Below, in pieces: positions 28,901-42,800 of a stretch of 64,000 bases of DNA. The notes under the pieces were generated by a model. That model worked only from the letters and a program-made list of their open reading frames with translations, made no database searches and was not told the DNA's origin. This stretch comes from Antedon mediterranea (taxonomy: Eukaryota; Animalia; Echinodermata): the NCBI RefSeq assembly GCF_964355755.1, contig NC_092670.1, positions 28,818,388 through 28,882,387 of the forward strand, in the 5' to 3' direction. Within the stretch, counting starts at the first letter, position 1. Each line of letters opens with the position of its first letter. The position numbers were made by a program, and so were the translations under genes.

Positions 28901-30277
28901 TATCAGGTATAGATAATTACATATGGTCCTGTTTTTTTTAGCAATAGATTAAAAACATTCATAAAAGACATCAACAAATACTTACAATAAAACTTTAAAT
29001 TCACAATACAAAGACAGACAATATTGAAGAGAAATATAGAATAAATTGTTCAGAACAAATATAGTAATAAAATACAAGTGTAAAAAGAGAAAATTCCTAA
29101 ATACAATACAATAAAGCAGGATTCAAGCAAAATGATAAAATAGTGAGGATCTACCTTGGAAAGACAATTTTGTTATAATTTGATTTGAAATTAAAATAAT
29201 TTGAAGATTATTTAATTTCTTGCAGTTCCATACATGAGCACCAGCGAATTTATTTATTTTTTATTTTATTTTATTCAATCGAAACCAACAGCTCCTCATT
29301 ATTTTTACATTTGTCTTTAATAGGGAGACCCATATTCAGATTGCCTAATGTTATAACCATGTCAAATACCATTTCTGTTTCATAGTCTTAGAGGTGCAGT
29401 GCCATTTTTAAAATGAGCACCCTGGGAATTAGGCCTACTTCTGAAAGAGAAACTTGTCATAAAATGAGTCCAAATAACAATATAAAAATATAACTTTTCA
29501 TCTTTCACTTCATGAAATTATTTGTATACTATATTACGCACTGATTTAAATATTCTTTATTTACAGTGTTAGTATCAAAGAGTCATCAGTTGCAAAGCTT
29601 GGATCTGTATGTCGGAGAGTGTACAGGATATTCTCACATGCATATTTTCATCATAGGACATTGTTTGATGAATATGAGGTAAAGTAACTTTTAATAATGT
29701 TAAACACACCATTTGATTGGGTGTCTAGAAAACTCAGATATGATTGGTTGATTACATACCACATGGTAAAATACAAAAAAAGAAAGATTTACATTATTTG
29801 ACAAGATGTGATTAAAATAAAAATAAATACGTTTATTAAATACTATAAAATATACAGAATGACAATTTTTGTGAATGCTGTGAATTCGAGACTGCATGGT
29901 GATTGTTGCACATACCAAAATTCAACCTGTAGTGGGCGGTTAAACGACATCCCAGCATTCAATTGATTGGTTGTTTGAGAAAGTTTGGGTTATTTGAAAT
30001 TTGGTTTGTTTCTGTTACTGCAATGACAGATGGCATTAATCTGTAGGTCCTAGGTCGTTTGTCATCACAAATCAATATTTCTTTAATAACTAATTAAGCA
30101 TATACTTCCTTTCACCAGAATGAAACTCACCTGTGCAAGCGGTTTACAACATTTGTGATAAAATACAATTTAATGTCAAAAGATAATCTCATCGTTCCCA
30201 TCCTTGAAGAGCAGCAGTCTACATTAACTACTCCACAAAACACTACAGTCACTGGAGATGCAAGCCCTGATAGTTAA
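13902..30277 (+). CDS. MOB4: MOB4 / phocein (STRIPAK subunit), 8 coding exons: 13902-13961, 25781-25843, 26172-26272, 27637-27679, 28002-28088, 28345-28424, 29567-29678, 30119-30277; 234 aa
   Basis: All introns are GT-AG with compatible phases; 705 nt total. Translation [191 protein letters not shown]...[11 protein letters not shown]... is near-identical to animal MOB4 as recalled. Confidence 0.97.
14553..16985. mobile_element. TIR element carrying an internal satellite, 6-bp TSD TATTTA
   Basis: TIR YGGA(G/T)TA(T/C)GGTCGAAGCGGCCGCCA at both ends; TATTTA at 14547-52 and 16986-91. Confidence 0.75.
14800..16232. repeat. ~75-bp tandem satellite, ~19 copies
   Basis: Unit TACGGTATTGCCGAATCTTTATATCTCGTTTACATACTATCGAATCTTTATACAGTATTGCATTAATAATTTACG. 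Confidence 0.95.
19106..20554 (-). mobile_element. Non-autonomous Helitron (family A) inserted in the Academ left arm
   Basis: Minus-strand 5'-TCTATATATAAATTTACG...ATGGTACGCGAGCGTACCAT-CTAG-3' with subterminal hairpin. Inserted between A and T with no TSD; the empty site is visible in the other Academ arm (atcgagtta|taataatg at ~23519). Confidence 0.9.
21905..22440 (-). pseudogene. Academ transposase C-terminal remnant
   Basis: FYRKGK...INEARYQSF...INCSLLPPC...[14 protein letters not shown]...YVPKWFDG plus acidic tail, homologous to 55790-56390. Confidence 0.75.
24629..24683. repeat. Perfect 55-bp palindrome (27-bp arms, 1-nt spacer)
   Basis: TACAAATTGGATAAGCATTATGGGTAT-A-ATACCCATAATGCTTATCCAATTTGTA. 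Confidence 0.9.
27078..27257. mobile_element. Palindromic MITE in MOB4 intron 3
   Basis: ATATAAGATTTGACATCC...ATATTATGTTCTCGAGAAATATATTTCCCT / AGGGAAATATATTTCTCGAGAACATAATAT...GGATGTCAAATCTTATAT. Confidence 0.75.
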
Positions 30278-30591
30278 AAATAGCTTAAGTTTTAGGATTC
30301 ATTTGGGGAAAAAATTGTGTTAGCTTTTTACTCATTGTAATTTTTGTCATTTGTAAATACTGTAACACGATTAATATTATTGTAGTATTATTTAAAGTCA
30401 AAGTAGTCGCATACAGCATCTTTCATAGCAGGTGTATTATTTATATATAGGAATGATACTGCCGAACAAAACAAGCGCATTAACAGGATTTTGTTAAACA
30501 GTATTTGTACTTAGATGAATGAACTGTATTCATCATTTTATAACATGCTTATATTACTGTTTACAAACTTTACATCCTGTTTGTAAGGACA

Positions 30592-30812
30592 TGTGGAGCA
30601 GTTGGTTGTGATATCGTGGGTTTGATTCAAATATTGTCGCTTGTTGCTTGTATCCTTGGGCAAGAAACTTTACTTATGTCTGCCTCTCTCTATCCAGGTG
30701 TAGAAATAGGTACCAGGTAAGGTCAAGACACAACTTTGCACTGATTACTAGCTGCATTATGGAAGCATGTTTCAGAACATTAGCCACTTTATAAATCCAG
30801 GATATTATTATT
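30592..30812 (+). mobile_element. Deu-domain-like SINE downstream of the MOB4 stop codon
   Basis: tRNA-like head, then GTATCCTTGGGCAAG...CTCTCTCTATCCAGGTGTAGAAATAGGTACC and a TATAAAT...(TTA) tail. Confidence 0.55.
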
Positions 30813-31673
30813 TACAGTACTTGATAAATGAAAAAACAGAGAGGAGATATGATTTTCTCCAATAATTCATAAAACCAGTTCTTTTAATCACGTTTGTAGA
30901 ATTGGTCTCTCGATCGTTAGGCCTACTATATTCACAGGATATCCATATAATGTTTTATTTTGTGCAAGGTCTTTAATAAGCATGCTACTGTAGGCTAATA
31001 CTTGCAACATTATAACGAAAAGCTTACATAGTGCAACGCTTCTGTTATTGAACCAGGGAAGAGTGAAATTGTAATTGAAATGTTAATTGTAAAACATGTG
31101 TTGTTTGATTCTGTGTTCCAATATAATTAATTTACAGTCTTGCCAGAAATCCCATTTCAGTTACTTTTTTTCTTTTAGTATCCCCATTTTCCACTTTCTC
31201 TGGAAAAAAATTAGAAACAATTGTTTCTCAACTGATTTGTATCCACCAAAAAAAAGTTCCAGCTCATATGGCATAAAATGCAGGGTTTTGCTCATATCTC
31301 CTCTTTTACATGTATGGACATGATTTTGGTGGCAAAGTATATGTTTTGAGGGTCAAGGAATCAAAATACAGCATTTTTCAAAATGGCCACCTTAAAATAC
31401 AGATTTGTGCTCATATCTCAGCTAGTAGAGACATGATTTTGGTGGTAAATGGTCAAGGAATCCAAATACAGCACTAATTTAAAGTTCATCCAATGGCCGC
31501 CATTTTGAAAATCAGAATGGCTGCCATAAAATTCCTAATATCTCAGCTTCTACATCAGATGACTTTTGTGGAAACGTATATGTTTTGAAGGTCAAGGAAT
31601 CCAAATACAGCATTTTTTATTTTACGTGTGTGTACACATTATAGTACAGTCACATATGTAAGAAAAACTAGCT

Positions 31674-34409
31674 CCAGCTCGATATTTGTGCCAAAATAGA
31701 TTTTATTGGCTAACTTTGTTATTCTTGAGTTGCTGAATTCAAAAAAGTTAGGTGCCATTTTTTTTCGACCACTCCTTCAGCCGCCATTTTGTATTTCAAA
31801 ATGGCCGACATTCTACACTGAACTTTGTCATCCATGGTATCATCGGAAAGGGAATGTAATACTGATCATTTTATCCCATTACATCCATAAAAAAATACAT
31901 AGTTACATAGTTATTTAACAATAAAACAAGTCACGTGACCAAAAAGGTCAAAAGGTCAACATTTTAATTTTCTCAAATACTTTACTGTTTGGTATCGTAG
32001 GATAGCTTTTTTTATTCTGAATACAGTTTTACTAATATCTATTAGATTTTCCTTTGTTTATTTTCATAATTTTCCAATTATTAAATTGTTTTTAAATGTA
32101 CAATAAAAAAGGTCTCCTTCGTATTAAGATAAATACGGTTTTTCTTATTGGTTAAATTACCGTAATTCATTCAAATGTTGGTAACATTTATCTGGTTATA
32201 ATAACAATTTCAGTGTGAAAATACTTTAGTAGGCCTATAAGTTAAGTTTAACTATCAAGATCCTCGATATGCCCGGTTTTCGCATTGCAAGTACAGTAAA
32301 CAAGGCCAACAGCCATTAGTCGCGTGCTAAAACGCATAGGGATACCGGACCGACAGACAGATCGACCGACCGACCGACATAGTGAACTATAGAGTCGCGT
32401 CCACGCGACTAAAAACAAGATCAAACAACCATTGCTTTGCCGGTTGCGACGCAAACATAATCTTGGAGGTAAAGTAATTGATTTTGGTACCTTTTATTTG
32501 AACAACTACTACAGCAGAAACGTAACTTTGAAAAGGAATTTAGATTTGTCTTAATTCTGCTAGTTATTAAATGCAGTTTTATTTATAACTATATCCAGTG
32601 CAGTGGCGTCTATGTTGTTTTTTTCAAACATGGTTTTCTGCCAATAGCATGGTTGCATGTTGTATAATAATAATAATAATAATTCAAAACGCACCGATGA
32701 CTGAAAAGCCGATTCCATCCCCTACCGGTGTGTGGTCGCACTCTTTAAAAAAAAACCACTGCATTTTTGATAAATATAACTGAGAAATGCAGTAAAAGTA
32801 ACAAAATTAAAATACAAATTTATAAAAGGGAATTCAATAACTGAAATCGTTACATACGGTACATATTTATAAAGTGTCTCTGTAGTTAAAAGATTTCGTT
32901 TTTCTCAAACTAATTTGAATATTATTGCTGGAAAGCGGATTTTGTTTCCCTTCTTTCTGATAAGTTCTTAAAGTTAAGTTACCACAAACAAGTATAGTTT
33001 GATTAATTATTCTATGTAACTTTTAATAACAACGTATAGTTAGGATTTATATTGCGATAATCACAAACCATACGTAAAAATCAAAGGGATCTTTTAGACG
33101 TTAAAAACACCGTAATTCGTTTCTTTACAATATCGATTGGTATTTTGTAAAGGCAGCAGTAGGACACTGAATTTTCTTTATTTCGTGTAAACTTTATTTA
33201 AGGAAAACTAATTGATCTTGTTTTTTTTTTCTTAATTCTTAAGATTTTTTCACTGTATAATAATATCAAATGCAAACATTCTGTTTGCTGCACTTATCTG
33301 ACGTTCAAAGAGAAAGAGAAAGGCATGCCAATTAACATTGGGATTGTGCACAGATGGCTTTAAATTGTTTGGTACCCGCTTTGACAAAAATACAAATGAT
33401 TTTGAACGCTACGCAAATGATACCATTCCCCGTAGCATTTTTTTCTTTTTACGAAAAATAGAAATGTAAACTACTAAAAATAAAATAGATTCAGAATTTA
33501 AAAAGCTATCCAACGAAACAAAACAAAGATGTGATTTGACAACAGTTTATTTCACCTTTGTTCACGGACTATAGTTATTTTGATTTTAAATTAAATAACT
33601 CGGAAACTTGACATTGAAGTTAAGTGTAATCCTGTACCGTACGGTACTTATTCAGTATTAAGATAATATATAATATAATATAAATGGACAATGACAAAGT
33701 AGAAAGAAAAATCAAACAAACATATTTTGAATGAATTGTAAAACCAATAAGAAAAACCGTATTTATCTTAATACGGAGACTATTTTTTCATTGTTAAAAT
33801 GAGTATAGCAAGGCATTTAATGAATAGGCAAACTGCCAATTAAAATGTGACATGTTTCGAGCAACTATTCTCATCATCAGAAGAACAGAAAACAACGCCT
33901 AAAGTATACTTATATTCCAATAGTACAGGTTGTATGTAAATAAGAAAGTAATTAGCATGATAAAACAACAAGGAACATTTAAAAACAATTTATATACATA
34001 ATTGGAACATTATGACAATAAACAAAGTAAATTAGAATAGATATTAGTAAAACTGTATTCAGAATAAAAAAATCTATCCAACGCTACCAAAAAGTACAGT
34101 ATTTTGGTAAAATTGCATTTTGACCTTTTGACATTTATTGGTCACGTGATTTGTTTTATTTCGCAATTACTATGTAACTATGCGTTTATTGATATGGGTG
34201 TAATGGAATAAAATAATCAGTATTAAATTCCCTTTCCAATGATACCATGGATGACCAACTTTAGTGTGGAAAGTCGGCCATTTTGAAATACAAAATGGCG
34301 GCTGAAGGAGTGGTCGAAAAAAATGGCACCTAACTTTTTTGGATTCAGCATCTCAAGAATAACAAAGTTAGCTAAAAAAAATCAATTTTGGCACAAATAT
34401 CGAGCTGGA
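31674..34409. mobile_element. Long inverted-repeat element downstream of MOB4
   Basis: 31674-32160 (TCCAGCTCGATATTTGTGCCAAAAT...) is the reverse complement of 33740-34409; no clear TSD. Confidence 0.7.
32299..32415 (-). mobile_element. Helentron-associated (HINE/DINE-like) short element
   Basis: Minus-strand TTTTTAGTCGCGTGGACGCGACTCTATAG hairpin followed by a (GTCG)n microsatellite. Confidence 0.55.
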
Positions 34410-35842
34410 AGACATAATAACCCGTACTATTATCCAGTATCAACAAAACCAAACAAAAAAAGAACAGTAAATAAATAATAAAATAATAAATAAAATTAGT
34501 TTCTTTCAATTTATTGCATGATGAAAAGTTATACATGAAACAAAACATAAACATTAATTATAGACTGGTAGTAGTTAATATTGCCATGAAAAAAGAATCG
34601 TGGTCCGATCTTAATATCCAAGCAGTCTACAGAAGACTCTCATGGCTAAAAAAGGTATATATATGTCAACAACAGTAATGACAGTATAAATATAAAATAT
34701 TTTTAAAAATTAATTCAGTTTAACTGTCCATAAAATTAAATGATAAAAGGTCCAATAAGTTGGTTTTTTACAGAGTTAATGGATATTTAGATTTTCTCAT
34801 CCTAACTATTTGAAAAATATCAGTACTGTAGTTGTGAAACTACGCTCATTACTTTTCTTACTCTAATATTCAGAGGCGTTACCTCTTTTTTAAGTAACTC
34901 TTTAATTAAAGTACTTATTACTATGTTATAAAAAATACCTTTTTCCTAAAATCCATTACATTTTTTGTATTATATTGTTTAGTGGTTTACAGTATATGTA
35001 CATCATCAATCATTTGAATAAATCCTATAAAAAGTACAAGTTTAATTATCTAAGATAGGAGCATGTTTTAAGAACAGAATTAGAATTACATTATTTGATT
35101 ATAAAAATTAAACTATTAGCTCTATTATTAAACGTGAACTTGGAAAGAATACCAGTTATACAGGGTGCTTGTGATGTTTAACTTCAAAGAAGAAGTTGTT
35201 TAGAATCCTAGAAGATTTATACAAATATTATTATTATTATTGAACACACTTAAAATTGTATTTAAACAGACACTTTCTAAAATGAAGTAATCGATTGAAC
35301 ATTCTGACACACTTTAAAGGGAAATGATTGACATATATTAATTTAAATGAGACTGTTCTATAATAAATCATTTTATGATCAGATAGTAGAATGAAATGAC
35401 AGCACTATAAAATACTTTACATGAAAACAAAAAGACAAATTTCCCAGTACAATTCTAGTTATTTTGATACTCCATGTGTATGGAAGAATATATATTAAAT
35501 TTGTTGATTTCAATGATATATTCTTTGATGGAAACAGGAGTTGTTATTCTAATTAACAACTCCCTGACGGAAGCATGCTATAGCCACAATTGTGTGTAAT
35601 GAACAATCATTTAAACTTTCTCAAAGATCTAGGAGTGGAGCTGTAGCTTGGTGGTTTAAATGCTCTACTAGGGAACAACAAGAAAATGGCTTTATAGTAT
35701 AGATACTAGCGATTATAACTTGTTCATGTCAGATGATAATCAGTGATAATTCACACAATTTCAATAATAATCATTATACTTTATTGATTCATTAAATTTC
35801 AAATTCAAATAACATAAATGTTTATATGATGAAACAAACTAA

Positions 35843-36769
35843 CGCCCGTATTCTTAAACTGGACTTTAGTCGTAGTTCGAAGTTCGACTTGAAAAAGTCG
35901 TAGTTCGAGCTATTACTTCAAATTCGATTCAAAAACGAAGTAGTCGAAGTTTGCAGTTCGACTTAATGAAGTCGAGCTTTTAGTCGAGTTGCACACGTCT
36001 GGGTAACAAAGGCTATACATTGGCCAATGACAAGAGAGTATTTGAGGAGCAGACGAAATTTTGCGCATTGATATCACTTTCCATTTCTTACAACACTTTT
36101 TACGCATCAGGACTATATACATGAAAAATAATTTTAATCGTTAATTATTAGAACAATATCAGTATTAATTTAACAGTGAAGTATATTTGATTAACAACAA
36201 ATAAAATCTTCAACATATATTTAGGAACCATGGCGGTACGGTAACTTTTATATTTTCTAGGCCCCCAACAAAGTATGATCGCGACGAACCACGCACTTCA
36301 TAGCGTGACAAGAAAGCGCTAGGCCCCCTAAACATTCCATCGCGTGGTGAATTGCCGCATCTCCCATTGTCGCTATGGCGTGACGTAGCTCAAGTCGGAC
36401 TTGCGCGAAGAAAATAATATAATTTGTATACAGTTGTAAATAAAGTTGATTTTCATTATTATAACTTATACCAATGTATATTTAATTAAGCTAATATGAA
36501 TATAGATATTTCATTCTTCAATATCTGGCCAATATAACAACTCAATGACTGTTACATTTTTTATAAACATCGTTTAAAAACCATTTAGTCGACCATTTAG
36601 CCTGCCCCCTCCAGGACTAAAAAAATCGATCAAAATCCGTCTCGATTTAGTCGAGGTTGGCCTGATTTAGTCGGTGATTTAGTTGAAGTTCGGTTTATGA
36701 ATTAAAATGACGTCATTTTTTTAGTTTTAGCTCGAACTACGACTAAAGTCCGGTTTAAGAATACGGGCG
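35843..36769. mobile_element. MITE (Harbinger-like TIR) ~80 bp past the death-domain gene stop codon
   Basis: CGCCCGTATTCTTAAACTGGACTTTAGTCGTAGTTCGA vs TCGAACTACGACTAAAGTCCGGTTTAAGAATACGGGCG. Confidence 0.75.
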
Positions 36770-36848
36770 ATAGAGTATGGTGCTAGTAAGTGAATGCACA
36801 TCTCAATACAGTAGATCTGATCGATTGATTCCTATCACAGCATTCACA

Positions 36849-39800
36849 CTATTCCTCCAGAAACTGTGCAGCAACATTTCCTCCGCATTTCAACAAAACT
36901 TTGTATAACTTATCAACTGTGGCATTTGCTTGCGTTTGCCATGAATCAAGGATTGCTTTACCTGGCTCAGAACGGGATACTAAGTATTCAGCCAATCTTT
37001 TATCAAGTCCAAGTCCAATGGCTATCCAAGTTAATCCGCTTCCTGGTGTGGTGCCTGTTAGATCAAAATAAAATAAAAATATGATACAAGAATAATATGA
37101 TATACTCAATTTGAAGTTTGCGTCATAATAGTGCATTTTCAGGTATAAGAGATCAAATAATGTTAGATGTACAGAACAGCTCAAGGTATTAAAAACGTTT
37201 TATACAATACCATAATCGTAACTACATTTTTCTAATTATTAGATTTAACTTGGGAATTAGTTGAAATCTACGGACAAAATTAATGATAATTGTCACAAAT
37301 AGTTAAGCAAGCATAGGTTGCAAGCGTTCTGTCCGTTCCATTTTACTACATAACATTTTACATCAACTCGGCATTTTAAATAAGCCCAAAATCCTGGATC
37401 GTTTACAGGTTCGAAGTACGAAAATGGAATTTCAATTTATTTTTATATTGCGAATATGTATGTTGTATCATGGTTGTATCAGCATTTAAAAATAAATAAA
37501 CCTATATAACAGCAATTTCGGGTAAAAGATCAGTAAACGATTAGTACAGTGCGCATACTGTAGCATGTAATATTTAGACTCGCAGCATCATATTTGCTTA
37601 TCTTAAAGGTGCATGATTATAGTTATACCCTTCCATAAAAGTATAAAAAAAAGTTAGTAAGACATAACAATTTAATTCCTTGCAATTTACTTAAATATAA
37701 CCTTTCATCATCATCCTCATAGCATTATTAGTACCATTTTCACTTCATTATTTGTATATTAGTGAATATGATTAGAAAAAACATGCACTTACTATCTTTA
37801 AGCATGTTAAGTTCCATGCGTATATTTGAATGAACACCATAGGGCAAATCTGCAAAGTTTTTATGTGGAGGTGCCTGAGTACCTGTGACAAAGATATATG
37901 GTACTGGTATTAAATGCAACATTTAAGGAATACTGTAATTTAACAAATTGTCTATGTTCAGCTAAAACTTCTTTCTGACTTCATAATAATATAACTAGGA
38001 TTACAAATACGGTACTAGCGATTGTCTCATAGAAATATACCTGCCTTTGTATGCAGAACATACACAGAAAATAGGTAGGAATTTTTATATGTTGTTCATT
38101 TGATCGTGAACATTTAAAAATTTATATTCAACATGCTAGTAATGAATGATTTTTTTTTCATGAAAATCAAAGATTGTCCAAAATTTGTTGTTGAATATGC
38201 TATTTTAATGTCACCTAATAGTTATCCACTTTGACCATCGAAAAAAAATGAATTTACCTAACAAAAACTGTAATTTAAAACAAAAAAATAGTCAAATTGG
38301 CCAATGGGTTTTTTTCTACGAAAGTGATTAACGTTATTAAAATTACAAAATAATCTATTAAAATTCTGATTCTATTTATCATTTTCATGTTTTGGGGGGA
38401 TAATAAAACTTTAAGTAAGTGTTATCTGTTCAATGTGGATAACAAAAATGTATTATATTGTTTGTTTGATGAGATATTTACAAACATGATTTTATTAAAT
38501 CATGCGTAAATTGCTGAAGATTTAAAATTGATCTCAAAATAATTGACGAACGAAAACAATATTAAAAACACTATTGTACTATCCCTTTCAAATGAATTTC
38601 AATTTTTCTGGCATTAAATTGTCTAAGAAAGCAACATTTACCAACAATTCCAATCTTAACATGTTCACGTATTTTTGAAATTACATCTTCTCTTCCCTTA
38701 TATTTGCCCTTCACTTGACGTAGACTGCGCACAAAATCTTGAAATGTCTGTAGCTTTTTCGGTTCATCACTTAATAAGTCGGGATTTTCGTGAACAAGTA
38801 TTTCTACCCACTTATCAAGAACATTTGAGACTTTTAAATTTGAATTCAATTTCTGAAAAAAAAACTTTATTTTGTAATATACAGTATACAACCAAGATGA
38901 AATGAACCCAAGATCAAATGAACCCAAGATCAAATGTCAAACAATTGCAGCTGCAAATTTCACAACAATAATAATGCCAAAACAACTTACTGATTCAAAT
39001 TGTTCATTCAGTTCATCACTCCACTCCATTTCAGCGATTATGTTTTCAACTTCATCTTTTTCAAATTGCGCGGACATATCTAATTCTTTTTTAAAGTCCT
39101 TAAATGTTCTGCTTGACTGTGTTTTCATAAATTTCATGAAGAATAACTCAAAATTGGACAGTTTTCTTCCTGTTCAAACAATCAAATGAACAATAAATTG
39201 GAAATCAGAATTTAATGCGATAATTATATAGATAGATGGATAAAAAATATATTTCAGACAAAAAGATCAAATTAAATGAATATTTTTTAATTGCATAGTA
39301 CAAATATAATCATTAAAACAAAAGTAAAAGATATAATTACAAAATTCCTTCAATGGACTTTATTGTATATATTCTTATTCTTGAAAAAACGAAAATGCTA
39401 AACGATTATCTTTCATATGTTTGAGCAATTTGATTTAAAAAATGAATTACAAGTACAAATAAGTAGAGTAAGGACAAGTATCAAAACCAATGTAAAGCAA
39501 AGGCAGATAGTTCTGGCTACAATTAACTACTCTGTGCGATGAGCTCCTTTTAAGTGCACCCAAATCAAGCCAAGTGTACACTGGTCTTCTAGTCCATATC
39601 CAAGAAGACTTGTTTCATCACCAGAACTATGAACAAGGAGTGCCTTGAACCTGTGAGGTCAGGGGTACTACAGTACTTCATTCGCAATATGCAATGAATT
39701 TTTAAGTAGTAGAGCTGTAGCTTGGTGGTTCATGCTTGCCTTCCAATCCCAAGGAACAGGGTTCAATCCTGACCTAGTGCAGGGTTCAATCCTGACCTAG

Positions 39801-42800
39801 TGCAGGGTTGTAACTCAGGGATGTAACTCACGACTCTTTCAATTCCACTCTTTAATGAGACTTTAAAATAGTTTATTCATCCTGTAATTGGTGAGTTACT
39901 CACTGTTTTATGCATATAAAATTTAAAAAAACAAAAACATTTTGGACAAACAGAAGGCCACAATTGTCTTTTGTCATTCTTTTTATTTGTAGATTCTTTG
40001 TTAATGGGTATCATTGATTCACATTTTCATGGGGATCCTATAGAATTTCTTAGTTTTGAGTCACAAGTAAAATAAAAAATATCTTACCTGGACATTGAGT
40101 TTGAGTAGAAAGCTTGGAATTATGATCATGTCCATCGACACCCTCAAGACTAGGCTCTGCCTGAATGGGAAGATGTTGCTGATTTGAGGCCTGTTTCTGG
40201 AAACTAGCCTCTGCTTGTATAGGTAGACTAAGTATTTTACCTTGGTTGACGTGATGAGGTAAATAGGCTGGCTCACCATTAGGTTGTACTGTTCTGAGAT
40301 ATTGAGGTTGGTTGACAACACCACCTTGCTGATGGTGAGGCTGATTGACAACTCCACCTTGCTGATGGTGAGGTTGATTGACAACTCCACCTTGCTGATG
40401 GTGAGGCTGATTAACAGCTCCACCTTGCTGATGGTGAGGTTGATTAACAGTTCCACCTTGTTGATGGTGAGGCTGATTGAAAGCTCCACCTTGCTGATGG
40501 TAAAGCTGATTAACAGCTCCACCTTGTTGATGGTGAGGCTGCTTGAAAGATCCACGTTGCTGATATTGCTGTTGTTGATTTTGATAAACAACTCCTCCCT
40601 GGTGATGTAGTTGATGGTGAGGTTGATTAACTGCTTCTGTATTCTGATCATTTCCAGTAACTTTATCAGGTGTAAAGACAACTTGTTTTTTAATTATTTA
40701 ATGTTAGGGACAGAACTAGTTTTAACTAGATTTGAACTCGTCACTATGGATGAAATTTGGATACGTAGAATATGGATGCGCGCTCTTTTAAATGTCATGA
40801 ACTATGACGCAAAATATGAAAATACGACTTTTATAATTCAACTGGCCATATGATGACATCACAACATCCGATGCGCAAAATTTGTACATGAATTCGTATC
40901 TACAATTCAACAGCTTCCAGAAAACGTTTTAATCATGAGTATCACTTTTATTCTAAGGACTTCTAACATATTGGAATTTACTGTAATGATGAAAAAAAGT
41001 GATCATGCATTAATATGGCTAACCAGACATTGTGACATCATTGTATGGCCACCCGAATATAAAATATATAATTTTTGTATCTTTCGTCATAGCGCATCAC
41101 ATTTAATAGAGTGCATCTCCACTTATCTGTTTTCCATTTTCACCCTGATTTTGATATTTTCTAGGTCAATTAACTATATTTCGCATGAGTTAAAAATATT
41201 TTAATTTTTATGACGTCGTCTAAAAATGAAAATAACGTGGGTCACTTATTTTCATCTTTACAGTAAATTTCAATCTGTTATAGCTCGTCAGAATAAAACG
41301 TGATAATCATGATTAAAACGTTTTCTGGAAGCTATTGGATTGTAGATACGAATTCATGTAAACATTTTGCCAATCGGAAGTTGTGATGTCATCATATGGC
41401 CAGTTGAATAAAAAAAGTTGTATTTTCATATTTTGTGTAATAGTTCATCACATTTAAAGGGGCGCGCATCTATATTTTACGTATTCAAATGTCTTCTACA
41501 CGTTATTATGTGGTTGCTGAGATAATGTCCTTCCGAAATTGCTATCTTAGTGTTTCATTTTGATACCGTCGCCATGTTAAAAATAAGAATAAACGGGGGG
41601 TCCCGTAATTTCAACTATTCTACACTGTATGTAACATGTATACAGATTATACCGTTTGCACTGTATATACTATATGACACAAAATTGACAGAATTCAGCA
41701 CTAACAGCATATGATATTCTTCAGTTCAGGTCATAATGCCATAATCTTTTTCCGTGTGCAAAATTACAACGTATGACGTGCGCATGGCGTTTGTTGTGCG
41801 GATAACTAACTCGTCAAAGTGACGAGTTCAAATCTAGTTATAATAGCACTAAGACAAAATTTGTTCCTTATATCTCCTAAACCGCAAATCCGATACTACC
41901 GCCGTTTGATTAGTTCCATTAGTCTATATTAAAACGGTAAATTTGTATGAAAAATGTGTTTATTAGACCAATTTCTTTGCAAATGTTCGCCAATCCTCGG
42001 CCGTTTCCCTGCCAGCAAAACCAATCAAGCATGCAATATTCAATAGCAATTAAAGAGCGCCACAGGCAGCAGATTATCGTTGTTGGAGTATGCAATTGGT
42101 GACCAAATAAATCCCGAACTGGATGGACGGTATAGTTCTCAGCTCATGAACCCATTATTTATTAAACAATACAAAATATAATACTGTACAACAATCAAAA
42201 GAACAATATTTATAAGTGTGAACAGGGAAACAAACTTTCTTTCTTAAGAATACAGTAAACCTATTTCAGTTTCTTTACTATAGGGTAGAAGGCGCTCGAG
42301 TCCGGGATGACAGAGCACAACTGGTGCTCACCAGGGTTCAATTTAGACCAATCCTGGTTACCGACAAGGTTTGCGTTTAGTTTTTCCCTCAGTTTTACTA
42401 TATGAACAGCACTAGAGAGGTTTCACAACATAAAATAAACACAATATTATATGCGTATTTGTTAGAAATGCCACATACACAAATCCATTTCTAGAACATG
42501 TGTATGCACATAATTTACCTCTGCCAAGGAGGTGGTATATGTAATCGGTAGCGTGTGTTTGTTTATTAGCAGGGATTACTCAAAAAGTAATTACAAGATC
42601 TTTACCAAAATGAATATACAGATAGATATGTGGTCAAGGACCATTCCATTAAATTTTGGGACCATGGTCCCAATTCTGGACCACTTTTTAGTATACTTTT
42701 CAGACCTGCTAGTGTTAAAAGATAGGACAGAATTTTTCAAAAGCCGGCGAGCAGTCTTAAAGTAACAAGTAAACTGAAATTGCATTTTCTCAAGAACTAC

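Noticed and set aside
40061-40681. 206-aa ORF with LRR-looking (LISLTISKVEL)n repeats, and the + strand ORF 40284-40610
   Set aside because: These are alternative frames of the 33-bp repeat. The splice phases of the neighbouring exons select the Q/H/G frame.
41960-42110. Minus-strand EDWRTFAKKL resembling a death-domain motif
   Set aside because: Stops occur in frame on both sides, there are no convincing splice sites, and the gene model is phase-complete without it. At most a decayed exon.
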